From Actinomycetota bacterium (GTDB lineage: Bacteria > Actinomycetota > Humimicrobiia > Humimicrobiales > Humimicrobiaceae), in NCBI GenBank assembly GCA_014894375.1, contig JADBLP010000075.1, forward strand, positions 33,083 through 82,771: DNA of 49,689 bases, read 5' to 3'. Positions within the stretch are counted from its first letter, which is position 1. Each line of letters begins with the position of its first letter. The notes under the pieces are model-generated. The model was not told where the DNA came from, made no database searches, and saw only the letters and a program-made list of their open reading frames with translations. A program made the position numbers and the translations under genes. Of the stretch, positions 18,373-27,747 are shown piece by piece.

Positions 18373-20966
18373 TTCACCACAACCACCTTGCCAAATGGAA
18401 ACTTATCATTCTCAAGTTTGTTTTCCCCTGCAACAATCCATAAAACATCAAGTCTTGCGTCTGATTTCTTCGGAAATTCTGTGTAACCATCAGTAAAACA
18501 TATAATAAATTTGGCATTTGGTCTTTCTTTTTTAAGCCACTTGAATACTGGGAGATGACTAGTCCCCCCTCCACCTTTCAATTTCACCTTGTTTCGTATA
18601 TCCCCAACGGTTGCTTGTTTGAATGTATGAACCCCATGAATTGCACAATCACAATCAATAATCGTCAAGTCCACATTCTTGAAACTGCGTGTGATTCCTA
18701 CTAATTCACCTAAGAACATTTTTAACTCCACATCTGAAATACTATTATGAACTAATATTCCATTAGCAAAATAATTATGATTATCTTTAACTTCTAAATC
18801 ATATACATCTATCTCTTCTGACAATTCAATTATTTTAGAACTTTTAACCTTCTCTAATACTATATAATCATTATAATCAATATAAATAGAGTTTTTTATA
18901 TTTTTAGTTTTTCTTAAATATTTCTCTATCTTGATTTTTTTGTCATTCCTTGTTACACCAACCATTTCATAGAATTTCTTAATGTTTTCTCTACCAGTTA
19001 CTTTTAACTTATAAATCAGTGTTTCTTTGATTATATTATCTCCTATTTTCCTTTCGGGTGTAATAGAACTTTCAATATAGCAATATATTCCTAATCTATT
19101 TAATAACATTTGCAATTGATATATTAGCTTTTTACTTGTGTTACTAAATGTTAAATCATGTTCTCCAATATGTCCTTCTGCATCAAAAAATCCTCTTATA
19201 AAACCACAAATAACATCATCATCTGCAACCGTTATTAAATTTGGAATATTCCTATACCTACTTCTTACTACAATATCTTCAAAATTTGTTTTTAGATAAT
19301 TAACAAATTCCTTTGAATAAATTGATAACCGTTGTCTTCTACAATGATTAGTTATCTTTGAATTAATATTTAATTTTCTAATTAATATTTGATAATACTG
19401 TAGATTTTCAATATTTTTGTCTGTTATTTGAGCGTAAAAAGAATTTTTACAAATACTCAGATTCCCATCACCACAAATCATTCCTAATACTTCTGCAAAA
19501 TCTCTATTGATATATGATGGTATAACTGGATGTCCTATTTTTGGCTTAATTCCTTTTAGAATCCTATAAACCTTCATACTACCTATTCCAGTGAGTTTAT
19601 GTATCTCATAACCACTATGTTTCCCAGATAATTCTATAACTTTTGAAACTTCATTTGGTGTTGCTAAATATTTATTATTATAACGTATCTCTGGCAATAT
19701 TACTTTATTCTGTGAAAAATCTATCTTTTTTGTGGTTATTAACCAATCATTTTTTCTTATTTCATCTGCTCTTTTTTCAATAATTTTTCCTTTCTTTAAC
19801 CAACTATTTTTTCTATCCCCCCATTCTCTGGCAAAGTTATTTACATATATAAATATCTTATGATTTGGTGTTACTTTTATCTCTTTTCCACTTTTTGTCT
19901 TTATTGTGATTATCTTCTTTGCTTTATATACAAATTTCTTATTAACCATATCCAATTTATTAACAGAAAAATCAGAATTTATCAAAGAAATTGGATTTAT
20001 TATATCTCTTATTTCTTTTATTCCTTCATCCGTGTATATTAATGTATCCCCAACAAAGCACCCACTTGTATCTATCGAAGCAATTATCTCAATAGATTCC
20101 TTTTCTGTAGAAGGAAGATAAATTCCAGTTGAAATGGTCCTTTTAGATGGTCTACTCCAAGTATAATCCATTGGAACCATAGATGAGATATATTTGAAAA
20201 GATATGTTCTCCAATTCACTTTAGGAGCAATCAAATCACCGATTATTCTTTCCATCCCTACTGGTACACTCCCACGATTCTTTGCATGGGCACAAGCATC
20301 AAGTAGAACCTTTCTCCAATGATTCTTTAAATCATTTTCATCTCGAAATGGAGATTTACCTTCACCTTCTTTACCATCTCCATCTTTGCCTTCCCCCTCA
20401 CCTTCTTTTGGATGGATATGTTCATCAAATCTCCCTTTTTCTCCATTTGCAATTGCCTGTTGAGTTGCTTCTTTTCCTTTCTTGGAGAAATACTTGTGAA
20501 GTTCATCATAGATTTCTCCTGAAGATTTAGTATCTATCTTTTCAATCTCATAACCTTGGAAGTTAAACTTATTATCCTTTGGAACCAATGCCCCTTGCTT
20601 ATCAGGAAGTTTCATGTTATCCTTAATTAAGATGTTATTCACTACAATATCACTTGCGATGTTTGCTAATTCTGGATACTGTTTCAACTCCTGTGCAAGT
20701 GTCATATGTTCCAAAACAACGTGCATAATTTCGTGACAAAGAACTCCATAAATTTCATCATCTGTAAGTGATTCAATAAACTTAGGATTCCAATAGCAAT
20801 CTCCATATGCAGAAACACCCATTGTCGGACACTCCTTTCTTTCTTGAAATTTCAAGTGTGAAACAAGAAAAGAAAAGAATGGTCTGCCTTCTGGTGGGTC
20901 TGCTCCAATCCGAATCTTTGCCTTGATAATCCTTTCTTCTGGTGTTAGTTTCAATTCATCTGTCAT
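18369..20966 (-). CDS. putative metallopeptidase (HExxH) / VWA-like protein (DUF2201/COG3864-like), interrupted by an intein
   Basis: N-terminal region has HEIMHVVLEH. The extein junction restores the MIDAS motif IDTSG|SISD. The C-terminal part has IIDCDC..GGGGTSHLPVF..ICFTDGY, typical of the MoxR-partner VWA family. Confidence 0.8.
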   Translation of the reverse strand: MTDELKLTPEERIIKAKIRIGADPPEGRPFFSFLVSHLKFQERKECPTMGVSAYGDCYWNPKFIESLTDDEIYGVLCHEIMHVVLEHMTLAQELKQYPELANIASDIVVNNILIKDNMKLPDKQGALVPKDNKFNFQGYEIEKIDTKSSGEIYDELHKYFSKKGKEATQQAIANGEKGRFDEHIHPKEGEGEGKDGDGKEGEGKSPFRDENDLKNHWRKVLLDACAHAKNRGSVPVGMERIIGDLIAPKVNWRTYLFKYISSMVPMDYTWSRPSKRTISTGIYLPSTEKESIEIIASIDTSGCFVGDTLIYTDEGIKEIRDIINPISLINSDFSVNKLDMVNKKFVYKAKKIITIKTKSGKEIKVTPNHKIFIYVNNFAREWGDRKNSWLKKGKIIEKRADEIRKNDWLITTKKIDFSQNKVILPEIRYNNKYLATPNEVSKVIELSGKHSGYEIHKLTGIGSMKVYRILKGIKPKIGHPVIPSYINRDFAEVLGMICGDGNLSICKNSFYAQITDKNIENLQYYQILIRKLNINSKITNHCRRQRLSIYSKEFVNYLKTNFEDIVVRSRYRNIPNLITVADDDVICGFIRGFFDAEGHIGEHDLTFSNTSKKLIYQLQMLLNRLGIYCYIESSITPERKIGDNIIKETLIYKLKVTGRENIKKFYEMVGVTRNDKKIKIEKYLRKTKNIKNSIYIDYNDYIVLEKVKSSKIIELSEEIDVYDLEVKDNHNYFANGILVHNSISDVELKMFLGELVGITRSFKNVDLTIIDCDCAIHGVHTFKQATVGDIRNKVKLKGGGGTSHLPVFKWLKKERPNAKFIICFTDGYTEFPKKSDARLDVLWIVAGENKLENDKFPFGKVVVVK
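18744..20060 (-). mobile_element. intein (439 aa) with LAGLIDADG homing endonuclease, inserted in the VWA MIDAS motif
   Basis: Starts with Cys (CFVGDTLIY; TGC at 20060..20058). Ends ..GILVHN, followed by Ser (AAT at 18746..18744). Internal LAGLIDADG motifs LGMICGDGNL and IRGFFDAEGHI. Confidence 0.8.
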
Positions 20967-20982
20967 AAATCTTCCATCTCCT

Positions 20983-21264
20983 TTAAATCAGATATGCTAA
21001 TGCTTCTTTTTCTGATAATTTCCTTATTACATTCTTCCTATCTTTATATTTACAACAATCATATTTACCATATCTACCAAATGACAATTTAAAACTACTT
21101 CCGTCACCATCAAAATCTCCGCTTTTAGTAAAAACTTCAAAGAGATAATCTATTAAATCTCCAGTATTATCTTTTCCTATAAATCTTGCCACTATCTCTT
21201 TTCCATATTCTTTAATCAGAAAATACTGTTCCAAATCACTTTCATCTAAATTCATGTGTTTCAC
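20983..21264 (-). CDS. EALAWLI-tail small protein, paralog T19
   Basis: 93 aa. Ends LSEKEALAYLI-stop. The downstream gene has its own AGGAG SD. Confidence 0.75.
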   Translation of the reverse strand: MKHMNLDESDLEQYFLIKEYGKEIVARFIGKDNTGDLIDYLFEVFTKSGDFDGDGSSFKLSFGRYGKYDCCKYKDRKNVIRKLSEKEALAYLI

Positions 21265-21507
21265 CTAAATCATGTAAAGAAAAGCTCTCTCCATTCCATT
21301 TGTAGTATCATCTATTATTTCTAAATTATTATATAACTGCATATATTCTCTCCCTTTAAAACACCCATTTATCCAATTTACATCTACTGCATCACTACCT
21401 TTATATTTTACATTAACTTTTGTAACTACTCCTATTGCCCCTTTATCTGCCATACCAACATCTTTCACTATATTCCCAACTTTAATCTTCCTTTTCACTT
21501 TTCCCAC
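21265..21507 (-). CDS. EALAWLI-tail small protein, divergent paralog T20
   Basis: 80 aa. Contains KIKVGNIVKDV, ends GMERAFLYMI-stop. The start overlaps the MoxR 3' end. Confidence 0.6.
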   Translation of the reverse strand: MGKVKRKIKVGNIVKDVGMADKGAIGVVTKVNVKYKGSDAVDVNWINGCFKGREYMQLYNNLEIIDDTTNGMERAFLYMI

Positions 21508-23758
21508 AATCCGTTATGTTAAAGAAGTATTTCTTATATTTCTTGCTGAAGTTGTCAAAGTGCTTACTTGCCAGAACATCTTTAATAAACCCATCTTGAT
21601 TTCTTCCTCTAATAATCCGTAACATGCAGATTGAAAAGTCTGGTGTAAGATTATCAGCAATCTCCAAAACCTTATCCATAGGAACTTCTGGTTTAGCATT
21701 CTTTCTAGTTTTCACTGGTTCTCTTTCAGAAAAGTACCACTCTGCTACAAGAGTTATAAGTGAATACTTCAAATCAATTTCAACAATTTCCTTTGCTTTT
21801 GTAGGGTCTGAAAGAATATCTGTTAGATTCACTTTACGTTTCAATCTCAAGAAACTAGCAAACTCCTTTGCAGGATATTCCCCAACTGCTGAAGCGGTAT
21901 ATCTTTCGATAGATTGAATATCTTCTTTTCCTTTAATAAGAGGACTACAGAGTTTTCCCCAAGAACGTGGAGTTGGAAATGCCATTTCATCTGTTTCTAC
22001 ATTTTCTTTTGGATTCAAATGAGTTGGATGTTGCATGAGAAAAGTTACGATTCTAAAGTCAATCCCATTTGCGAGTGCCCATTCACCCCAATCATTTTCA
22101 CATTTATCTGTTATCCCAGGTGCTTCAAGTGTAACATGTGTAAAACGATTCCTAAGAGGTCTGGAAAGTTCATAGACATTTGCTCTATCTTCTAAACGAT
22201 TCCCTGCTGCAACGCACATAACACCATCTGCAAGTGAAACTTCCCCACATGCCCTATCATTAATCACTTGATAAGAAGATGATTGTACACTTTGCGGTGC
22301 AAGATTTATTTCATCAAAGAAAATAATGCCTTCTGCTCCTTTTAAAGAGGCTAATTGTACCCAAATTGGAACCATCCATTCAACTACTTTTACATCTCCA
22401 ACTTTGTCTCCACCATTCACTTTTCTCAAGTCTGGAATTCCTTTTATATCGGATGGGTCACACATAGAAAGGCGTTCATCTTTCAGGAAGAAATACCTCT
22501 GTGGACTTTTCAGAACATCTTGTTTTTCATCCATAGAAAGTTTAGACCATTCTACATATATTTTCCCACGCTTTTGTGCAATATCTTTCGCTTTCTTTCT
22601 AACCGTATCGCTATTGTGAGTAACTGTAAAATCACCTAATAAAAATAAACCATCTTTATCTAGAGTAAACCCAAAGTATTCACCTATCCCTTTCTCTTTG
22701 ACATTGACCCCTGTTACTAGTACATCCTTTTTTTGTTTTCTTTTGTGAGCTTTTCTTCTTGTAATTTTTGTTGGTATTCTTATAATATCCCCAGAAATTG
22801 TAATGTCAAAAACTTCAGTTTCGTAATTTCTAGATTTTAATCTTGCAATTCCTGTTTTCTTATATGCTGCAAATCCAAGTGAACGTGCTAAAAATAAAAC
22901 ATCATCTGCTAACTTTTCATTAACAGATGTATAAATAAAACAATTGCATTGTAAATGCCCATCAGTATCAATTAATCCAGCTAGTAATTGTAATCTCACC
23001 TCTTGTGAATTAATTTTATATTCTTGTGGAATATGTTTATTTAAAATTAAATTCAAACTTCTCAATTTTTCTAGGACTGTATTTAGCGGTCTATTAGTTT
23101 TCTTTCCCATTACACCAGTTGTAATTCTGTATGAATTAGTTTTAGAATCTGTTTTATTGACATCAACATGAACTTTAAGATTTTCACTTTCAGCGAATTG
23201 TGTTAAAAATTCAACTATCTCTTTATCTTGTGTTGTAATACTAGGTGTTCGTGAATTACCGTCTCCTAACCATATCCCCAAAAAGTATGGGTCTAATATA
23301 ACTTTCTGGAATGGAAAATCTACACCTACACGATAAAGTTTGTGTTGGTGTTTAAAATGATTACTCTTCTTAATATAATCTTTAACTGAAATATTAAGAA
23401 TTTCTCCCCCTTTCTTTATGCTATGATATCTATTCCAATGATAACTCCTTTTCAATGACAAAATATGATGTTCGTTAGTTGAAAATGATTCGCCTTTTAC
23501 CGGCATAACTTCATATAACTTATCTTTACCAGAAGTTATAGTTAAGACCTTACGTGGAGTTGAATCTACCCCCATTAATTCATCCCCTACATTAATATCT
23601 TCAACTAATTTTATGATTCCATTATACATTAACACTGTCGTCCCTTTTTCAAGGCACTTCCCGATTCCTGGTGCTCCCCAGATATACATCGGAATTTTCC
23701 CATTATTGTAATGCTCTTCAATCATTTCCTCAAGTTCTTTGTGTCGTACAGATAACAT
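21482..23758 (-). CDS. MoxR-like AAA+ ATPase (AAA_5), interrupted by an intein
   Basis: Walker A is split as GAPGIGK|[intein]|SDT. Walker B IIFFDEINLA, sensor AAGN, and LRNRF. Confidence 0.8.
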   Translation of the reverse strand: MLSVRHKELEEMIEEHYNNGKIPMYIWGAPGIGKCLEKGTTVLMYNGIIKLVEDINVGDELMGVDSTPRKVLTITSGKDKLYEVMPVKGESFSTNEHHILSLKRSYHWNRYHSIKKGGEILNISVKDYIKKSNHFKHQHKLYRVGVDFPFQKVILDPYFLGIWLGDGNSRTPSITTQDKEIVEFLTQFAESENLKVHVDVNKTDSKTNSYRITTGVMGKKTNRPLNTVLEKLRSLNLILNKHIPQEYKINSQEVRLQLLAGLIDTDGHLQCNCFIYTSVNEKLADDVLFLARSLGFAAYKKTGIARLKSRNYETEVFDITISGDIIRIPTKITRRKAHKRKQKKDVLVTGVNVKEKGIGEYFGFTLDKDGLFLLGDFTVTHNSDTVRKKAKDIAQKRGKIYVEWSKLSMDEKQDVLKSPQRYFFLKDERLSMCDPSDIKGIPDLRKVNGGDKVGDVKVVEWMVPIWVQLASLKGAEGIIFFDEINLAPQSVQSSSYQVINDRACGEVSLADGVMCVAAGNRLEDRANVYELSRPLRNRFTHVTLEAPGITDKCENDWGEWALANGIDFRIVTFLMQHPTHLNPKENVETDEMAFPTPRSWGKLCSPLIKGKEDIQSIERYTASAVGEYPAKEFASFLRLKRKVNLTDILSDPTKAKEIVEIDLKYSLITLVAEWYFSEREPVKTRKNAKPEVPMDKVLEIADNLTPDFSICMLRIIRGRNQDGFIKDVLASKHFDNFSKKYKKYFFNITDCGKSEKED
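22613..23656 (-). mobile_element. intein (348 aa) with LAGLIDADG homing endonuclease, inserted in the MoxR P-loop
   Basis: Starts CLEKGTTVLMYNG (TGC at 23656..23654). Ends ..FTVTHN, followed by Ser (AAT at 22615..22613). LAGLIDADG motifs LGIWLGDGNS and LLAGLIDTDGHL. Confidence 0.8.
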
Positions 23759-23785
23759 TTTTCATCTCACTCCTATTTTCTATAT

Positions 23786-23896
23786 TCATTGTGCTACAAA
23801 TCCACAAACATTACATTGATATCCATAATGATTTAATATTGTACACAAAGAAAGCGTGCCTTTTTTACAATGTGGACAAATCTCATCTACTTCCAT
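23786..23896 (-). CDS. mini zinc-ribbon protein (36 aa)
   Basis: Hand-found ORF MEVDEICPHCKKGT..YQCNVCGF. Confidence 0.3.
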   Translation of the reverse strand: MEVDEICPHCKKGTLSLCTILNHYGYQCNVCGFVAQ

Positions 23897-23897
23897 C

Positions 23898-24041
23898 TTA
23901 AAAATCATCTCCTTCAATCAAAACAAAGTTTCTTCCCTTTCGTTCTGCAATGATTCCGATTCTCCCATCGGTAAGTTCAAACATTCCTCTTACAGTTCCA
24001 TTTCCTTTATCGGTGCTTATTTCTTCTCCAATCTTTACCAT
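23898..24041 (-). CDS. small protein (47 aa), KOW/SH3-like start without the family tail
   Basis: Hand-found ORF MVKIGEEISTDKGNGTVRGMFEL... Confidence 0.3.
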   Translation of the reverse strand: MVKIGEEISTDKGNGTVRGMFELTDGRIGIIAERKGRNFVLIEGDDF

Positions 24042-24057
24042 CTTTTTCAACTCCTTT

Positions 24058-24363
24058 TCAAATTTCATACAACCAAATCCTGTCTGCTAGTTTTTTATCC
24101 TTACCATAAACGTCTGCTTTTCTTAAAACTGTTTCTGAATTTTTATACCAACACCGTTTTCCATTACTATGACCTTTTATCATTTTACCATTTCCAACAA
24201 ATTCAAAAAGTAAAACAGAATCATTTGTAATATCTAAACATTTGGCAATCCATTGCTTTTTATCCTTAATTCCTGATGGAAAAGTAAAATATGTATTTTC
24301 TATTGCTTCAACCTTATTTGTAACTATGTAATATCCCCCAACTCGAATGTGCTTTATATCCAT
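24058..24363 (-). CDS. EALAWLI-tail small protein, divergent paralog T21
   Basis: 101 aa. Contains IRVGGYYIV, ends LADRIWLYEI-stop. Confidence 0.55.
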   Translation of the reverse strand: MDIKHIRVGGYYIVTNKVEAIENTYFTFPSGIKDKKQWIAKCLDITNDSVLLFEFVGNGKMIKGHSNGKRCWYKNSETVLRKADVYGKDKKLADRIWLYEI

Positions 24364-24365
24364 AG

Positions 24366-24617
24366 TTATATCAACTCTGCCAACATTTCCTTTTCAGATA
24401 AGATTTTTACTGTATCACCATTACCTTTATATAAATCTTCTTCCCCCACCTTGTAAATTGTTTTCCATTCCACATCATCTATTATCTTTAGTATTTTGAT
24501 ATACTTACTATCTCTAGGTGAAAGTTTATTCTCAAGATAATATCCCAAGTAAACCGTATGTCGATTCGGTTCTCCTCTTGGTCTTATCATTTTTACATAT
24601 GTTACCATAATCACCAT
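24366..24617 (-). CDS. EALAWLI-tail small protein, paralog T22
   Basis: Track ORF trimmed to the ATG at 24617 (TGATG junction). Ends LSEKEMLAELI-stop. Confidence 0.7.
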   Translation of the reverse strand: MVIMVTYVKMIRPRGEPNRHTVYLGYYLENKLSPRDSKYIKILKIIDDVEWKTIYKVGEEDLYKGNGDTVKILSEKEMLAELI

Positions 24618-24898
24618 CAAATTAGATATGCTAACGCTTCTCTTTCATTTATTTTGTAATAATCATCAATTGTAAACCATCCACACAATCTAATCTGGTT
24701 GTCTGCACCATCTGTGAATAAATCCAACATCTTTAATGAAGTGTATCCTCTCACAATAACTGGAATCCTATCTCTGAGTGTCAGTTGTTTATTTACTTTT
24801 GATTCAACAATTATCCTTTCTTTATCTTCTATTATTAAAATTATATCTCCCTTTTTTATGCAATCCCCAATTTTAAGTTTCTGCTTCATTTGTATCAA
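24617..24898 (-). CDS. EALAWLI-tail small protein, paralog T23
   Basis: 93 aa. Contains KLKIGDCIKKGD, ends INEREALAYLI-stop. Confidence 0.75.
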   Translation of the reverse strand: MIQMKQKLKIGDCIKKGDIILIIEDKERIIVESKVNKQLTLRDRIPVIVRGYTSLKMLDLFTDGADNQIRLCGWFTIDDYYKINEREALAYLI

Positions 24899-25215
24899 AT
24901 CATCCGTGCTATTACTTCATTTTCATCAATAAGTTTATCATACATACCTGTTAAATTAAAAGTGTGTGTAGTTATAAACCCAAGTAGTCTTTCATTATTT
25001 GAATATTGTATTGGTGAACAAACAATTTTTGCTTTATTAACATATCTATCATATACAATGTCTGGTTGATTATCCAAATCTTTATATATAGTTATTTTAC
25101 GATAAGAATTTCCTAGAATTAAAAATATAATGTATCTACCAGTATTATACCCAACTTCATCAATAAATGTTCTTTTTACATATTCTCCTTTTCTTGGATA
25201 TTTTCTTTTCTTCAT
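24895..25215 (-). CDS. EALAWLI-tail small protein, paralog T24
   Basis: 106 aa. Ends IDENEVIARMI-stop. ATGA overlaps on both sides. Confidence 0.65.
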   Translation of the reverse strand: MKKRKYPRKGEYVKRTFIDEVGYNTGRYIIFLILGNSYRKITIYKDLDNQPDIVYDRYVNKAKIVCSPIQYSNNERLLGFITTHTFNLTGMYDKLIDENEVIARMI

Positions 25216-25463
25216 CCAAACATCACCTGTGATTCTGCTTTTGTCTTATCTATCATCTGGTTAAACTCCTGGACTGATTTAAATGCATGGTCAGCAATAA
25301 GAACAGAAAGCAACCATTCCTTGCAACCATCATTTTTAATCCTTTCTTCGATTGCCTGAATGATTCCTTTCACACTCTTTATCTCACCATTCACCATCTT
25401 CAGGATAATTAGATTCACTTCATTAAGTGCTTGTTTCATTTCTTCTTCATTTAGTTCTTTCAT
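25212..25463 (-). CDS. helical hypothetical protein
   Basis: 83 aa ORF. Confidence 0.45.
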   Translation of the reverse strand: MKELNEEEMKQALNEVNLIILKMVNGEIKSVKGIIQAIEERIKNDGCKEWLLSVLIADHAFKSVQEFNQMIDKTKAESQVMFG

Positions 25464-25618
25464 AAAATTTCCTCTCTAACTAAAACTTCCATTGGTGGGA
25501 ATGTCAAACAAGCATAAATCAATTTTTCATTTTTCCATGCTATCCCTTCCATTAATCCATTTTTATAGTTTTTAAAGTATATTTCTTTCATTAGAATTTC
25601 TCTCCATTTATTCTCCAT
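25460..25618 (-). CDS. small hypothetical protein (52 aa)
   Basis: Hand-found ORF MENKWREILMKEIYFKNYKNG..., ends VREEIL-stop. ATGA overlap. Confidence 0.3.
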   Translation of the reverse strand: MENKWREILMKEIYFKNYKNGLMEGIAWKNEKLIYACLTFPPMEVLVREEIL

Positions 25619-25761
25619 AAGTTTATTGTATTTATCTCCATTATCCTATACATAAATGCTAAGAAGATATTGTAATTGCCATATCTCCTATCATTATAAA
25701 AATTATATCCTACATTAAAATAAGTTATATGTGTATGTAATTTCATTTTCTCCTCTCCTTT

Positions 25762-26013
25762 TCATATCATATACAACATTGCTTCCCCTTCAGATAAAAG
25801 ATAAAACTTACAATTTCTATAATAAACTGAACCGTAACTTCCAACATGGAACCTATGGGTTATATCTTTCACAATCTTCAATTTGGTTCCACCGATTTCC
25901 ATTTCTCTTCCATCATTTTTTTCACATATTTTTAGAAGTTTTTCTCCATCCGATTCCCATTCTTGGATATAATAATCCCCTATCTTTATCTCACTTGGAT
26001 GGACTTCTTTCAT
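25762..26013 (-). CDS. EALAWLI-tail small protein, paralog T25
   Basis: 83 aa. Contains EIKIGDYYIQ, ends LSEGEAMLYMI-stop. Confidence 0.7.
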   Translation of the reverse strand: MKEVHPSEIKIGDYYIQEWESDGEKLLKICEKNDGREMEIGGTKLKIVKDITHRFHVGSYGSVYYRNCKFYLLSEGEAMLYMI

Positions 26014-26254
26014 TCTTTTCTCCTATCCCAGAAAACCATTTGTTAAGATGTGAATTGAAATGCCACTTATCCATATCAAAATCCAGCATTTGCTCGATAT
26101 TACAAGATGGACAAGCATTGTGCTTACTTATTGCGTGTTTTATCACTAAATCAGCATGTAGATGTGGTATTGGAACTGCCACCTTGATTCTGATAATCCC
26201 ATCTTTTGTTAAGAAAATGGATTGATTTTCCAGTTCAATTATATTCCAATTCAT
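25991..26254 (-). CDS. hypothetical protein
   Basis: 87 aa ORF. ATGA overlap with T26. Confidence 0.4.
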   Translation of the reverse strand: MNWNIIELENQSIFLTKDGIIRIKVAVPIPHLHADLVIKHAISKHNACPSCNIEQMLDFDMDKWHFNSHLNKWFSGIGEKNERSPSK

Positions 26255-26502
26255 ATCAACCTTGCTAGAAGTTCTTTTTCTGAAAGTTTATAGATTTTAT
26301 CTTCATCCAAAATTGAAAATGATTTAAAATGGTTACGTTCACTCCAAAATCTGTCATCTGATAAATCTTTTATTAGTATTAATTTATTCTGCTTATTAGT
26401 TGTAAACATAATTCTATCAGTTGAAGAAGAGGTATCATTAATTAAATAGTAGATTCCTCCTTTCCTTAAAGCATTATTATCTTTTATTTTTCTCATATCC
26501 AC
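26251..26502 (-). CDS. EALAWLI-tail small protein, paralog T26
   Basis: 83 aa (GTG start at 26502, or ATG at 26496). Ends LSEKELLARLI-stop. Confidence 0.7.
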   Translation of the reverse strand: MDMRKIKDNNALRKGGIYYLINDTSSSTDRIMFTTNKQNKLILIKDLSDDRFWSERNHFKSFSILDEDKIYKLSEKELLARLI

Positions 26503-26560
26503 TCGATAATAACTATTTCTTCTGGAATGTGTTTATATTTGCTTAGTTTCATAAATGTCC

Positions 26561-26725
26561 TTACATATCGTGATGAGCATCTGTCGCCTGAAAACCACAC
26601 TTTTCACATATAAGTATAAAGCATGATTTATATTTCTTAGGTAAATTATCTGGATTAGTTTTACAAAATTTACAATCTTGCCTAATTAATTTTCCACCAC
26701 ATTGACTACATTTTTTTATTCTCAT
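26561..26725 (-). CDS. double zinc-ribbon mini protein (54 aa)
   Basis: Hand-found ORF MRIKKCSQCGGKLIRQDCKFCK..CEKCGF. Confidence 0.35.
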   Translation of the reverse strand: MRIKKCSQCGGKLIRQDCKFCKTNPDNLPKKYKSCFILICEKCGFQATDAHHDM

Positions 26726-26859
26726 CTAAATCCACCACATGATACACGTATCCCTCTGGAACTCCTGTTACTTCAATCACGTAACCTCTCCAAGTGATTA
26801 TTTCAATTGATTTATTTATTTCTACCGACCTCTTTCATTTCCATCAAATCCCTTTCTTT

Positions 26860-27258
26860 CTATAACCAATCCCATTTATTTATCTTTACATTGTCATTAT
26901 GAACTTTGGAAAACATTTTCCAATTATATTTATTTGCAGCTTTAGTATCTTCATGCATATAATCTTCAATTATAGTCCATTTCATATTTTTATATTTTTT
27001 TTCCAATTTATATACAAATCTTTTCATTAAAGATAAAAAATCTTTACCAGAAAAAATTTTATGATGTAATCCTATTTCTAATTTATCACAATCTATCCAT
27101 CCTGCTTCTGCCCATGCTAAATCATTTCCTGATTTGTATATGCTTGTATCTTTTAAAGCATATTTAATTTTATTTTCATTAAAATAATGTTCTAGTTCTG
27201 GTTTTATCATATTCCAAATTATGCTCTCATTGTATCTATCACTTTTTTTAATTTTCAT
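26860..27258 (-). CDS. hypothetical protein
   Basis: 132 aa ORF, Trp/Lys-rich, non-repetitive. Confidence 0.5.
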   Translation of the reverse strand: MKIKKSDRYNESIIWNMIKPELEHYFNENKIKYALKDTSIYKSGNDLAWAEAGWIDCDKLEIGLHHKIFSGKDFLSLMKRFVYKLEKKYKNMKWTIIEDYMHEDTKAANKYNWKMFSKVHNDNVKINKWDWL

Positions 27259-27362
27259 TTATATCCACCTCTTTAATTAACTTAAATTTATCTTTCATTT
27301 CTAAAATCCTTTTGTGCTTGTACTTTTAAGCCACTTAACAACCAAATAAGCCATTGAAACAT

Positions 27363-27743
27363 CTAATCATCTCTTTTAAACATTATCTTTTCTAATTCAT
27401 TCATTTTAGGGCAATTCTTTTCACAACACTTATAAAAGTATAATGGATTTTCTTTATGATTTCTTATTAAACAGATACAACCAAAACAAGTTCCTTTGAT
27501 TCCATCTATATCTACTTCTATATCAAATTGTTGTGCATACTTGCATCTGCTTGGTGGTATTAACCAATACTCGTCTTTCTCGTGTTGTTTCTTCTTTGAG
27601 AAATGTTTATTAACATTCTTAGCTGTCCTTGTCATTTCTTCCTCATGCGTCATAGTTAAGACTTCTCTTTCTATTTCCTTATCTATCCGCTTGTTGTTCT
27701 TTTCTATGCGTTTAAGTGTTTCTTTATCTATCATTCTTTTCAC
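27363..27743 (-). CDS. Cys-rich hypothetical protein
   Basis: 126 aa. Basic coiled N-terminus, then CKYAQQ..CFGCIC..CCEKNC. Confidence 0.5.
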   Translation of the reverse strand: MKRMIDKETLKRIEKNNKRIDKEIEREVLTMTHEEEMTRTAKNVNKHFSKKKQHEKDEYWLIPPSRCKYAQQFDIEVDIDGIKGTCFGCICLIRNHKENPLYFYKCCEKNCPKMNELEKIMFKRDD

Positions 27744-27747
27744 TTCC

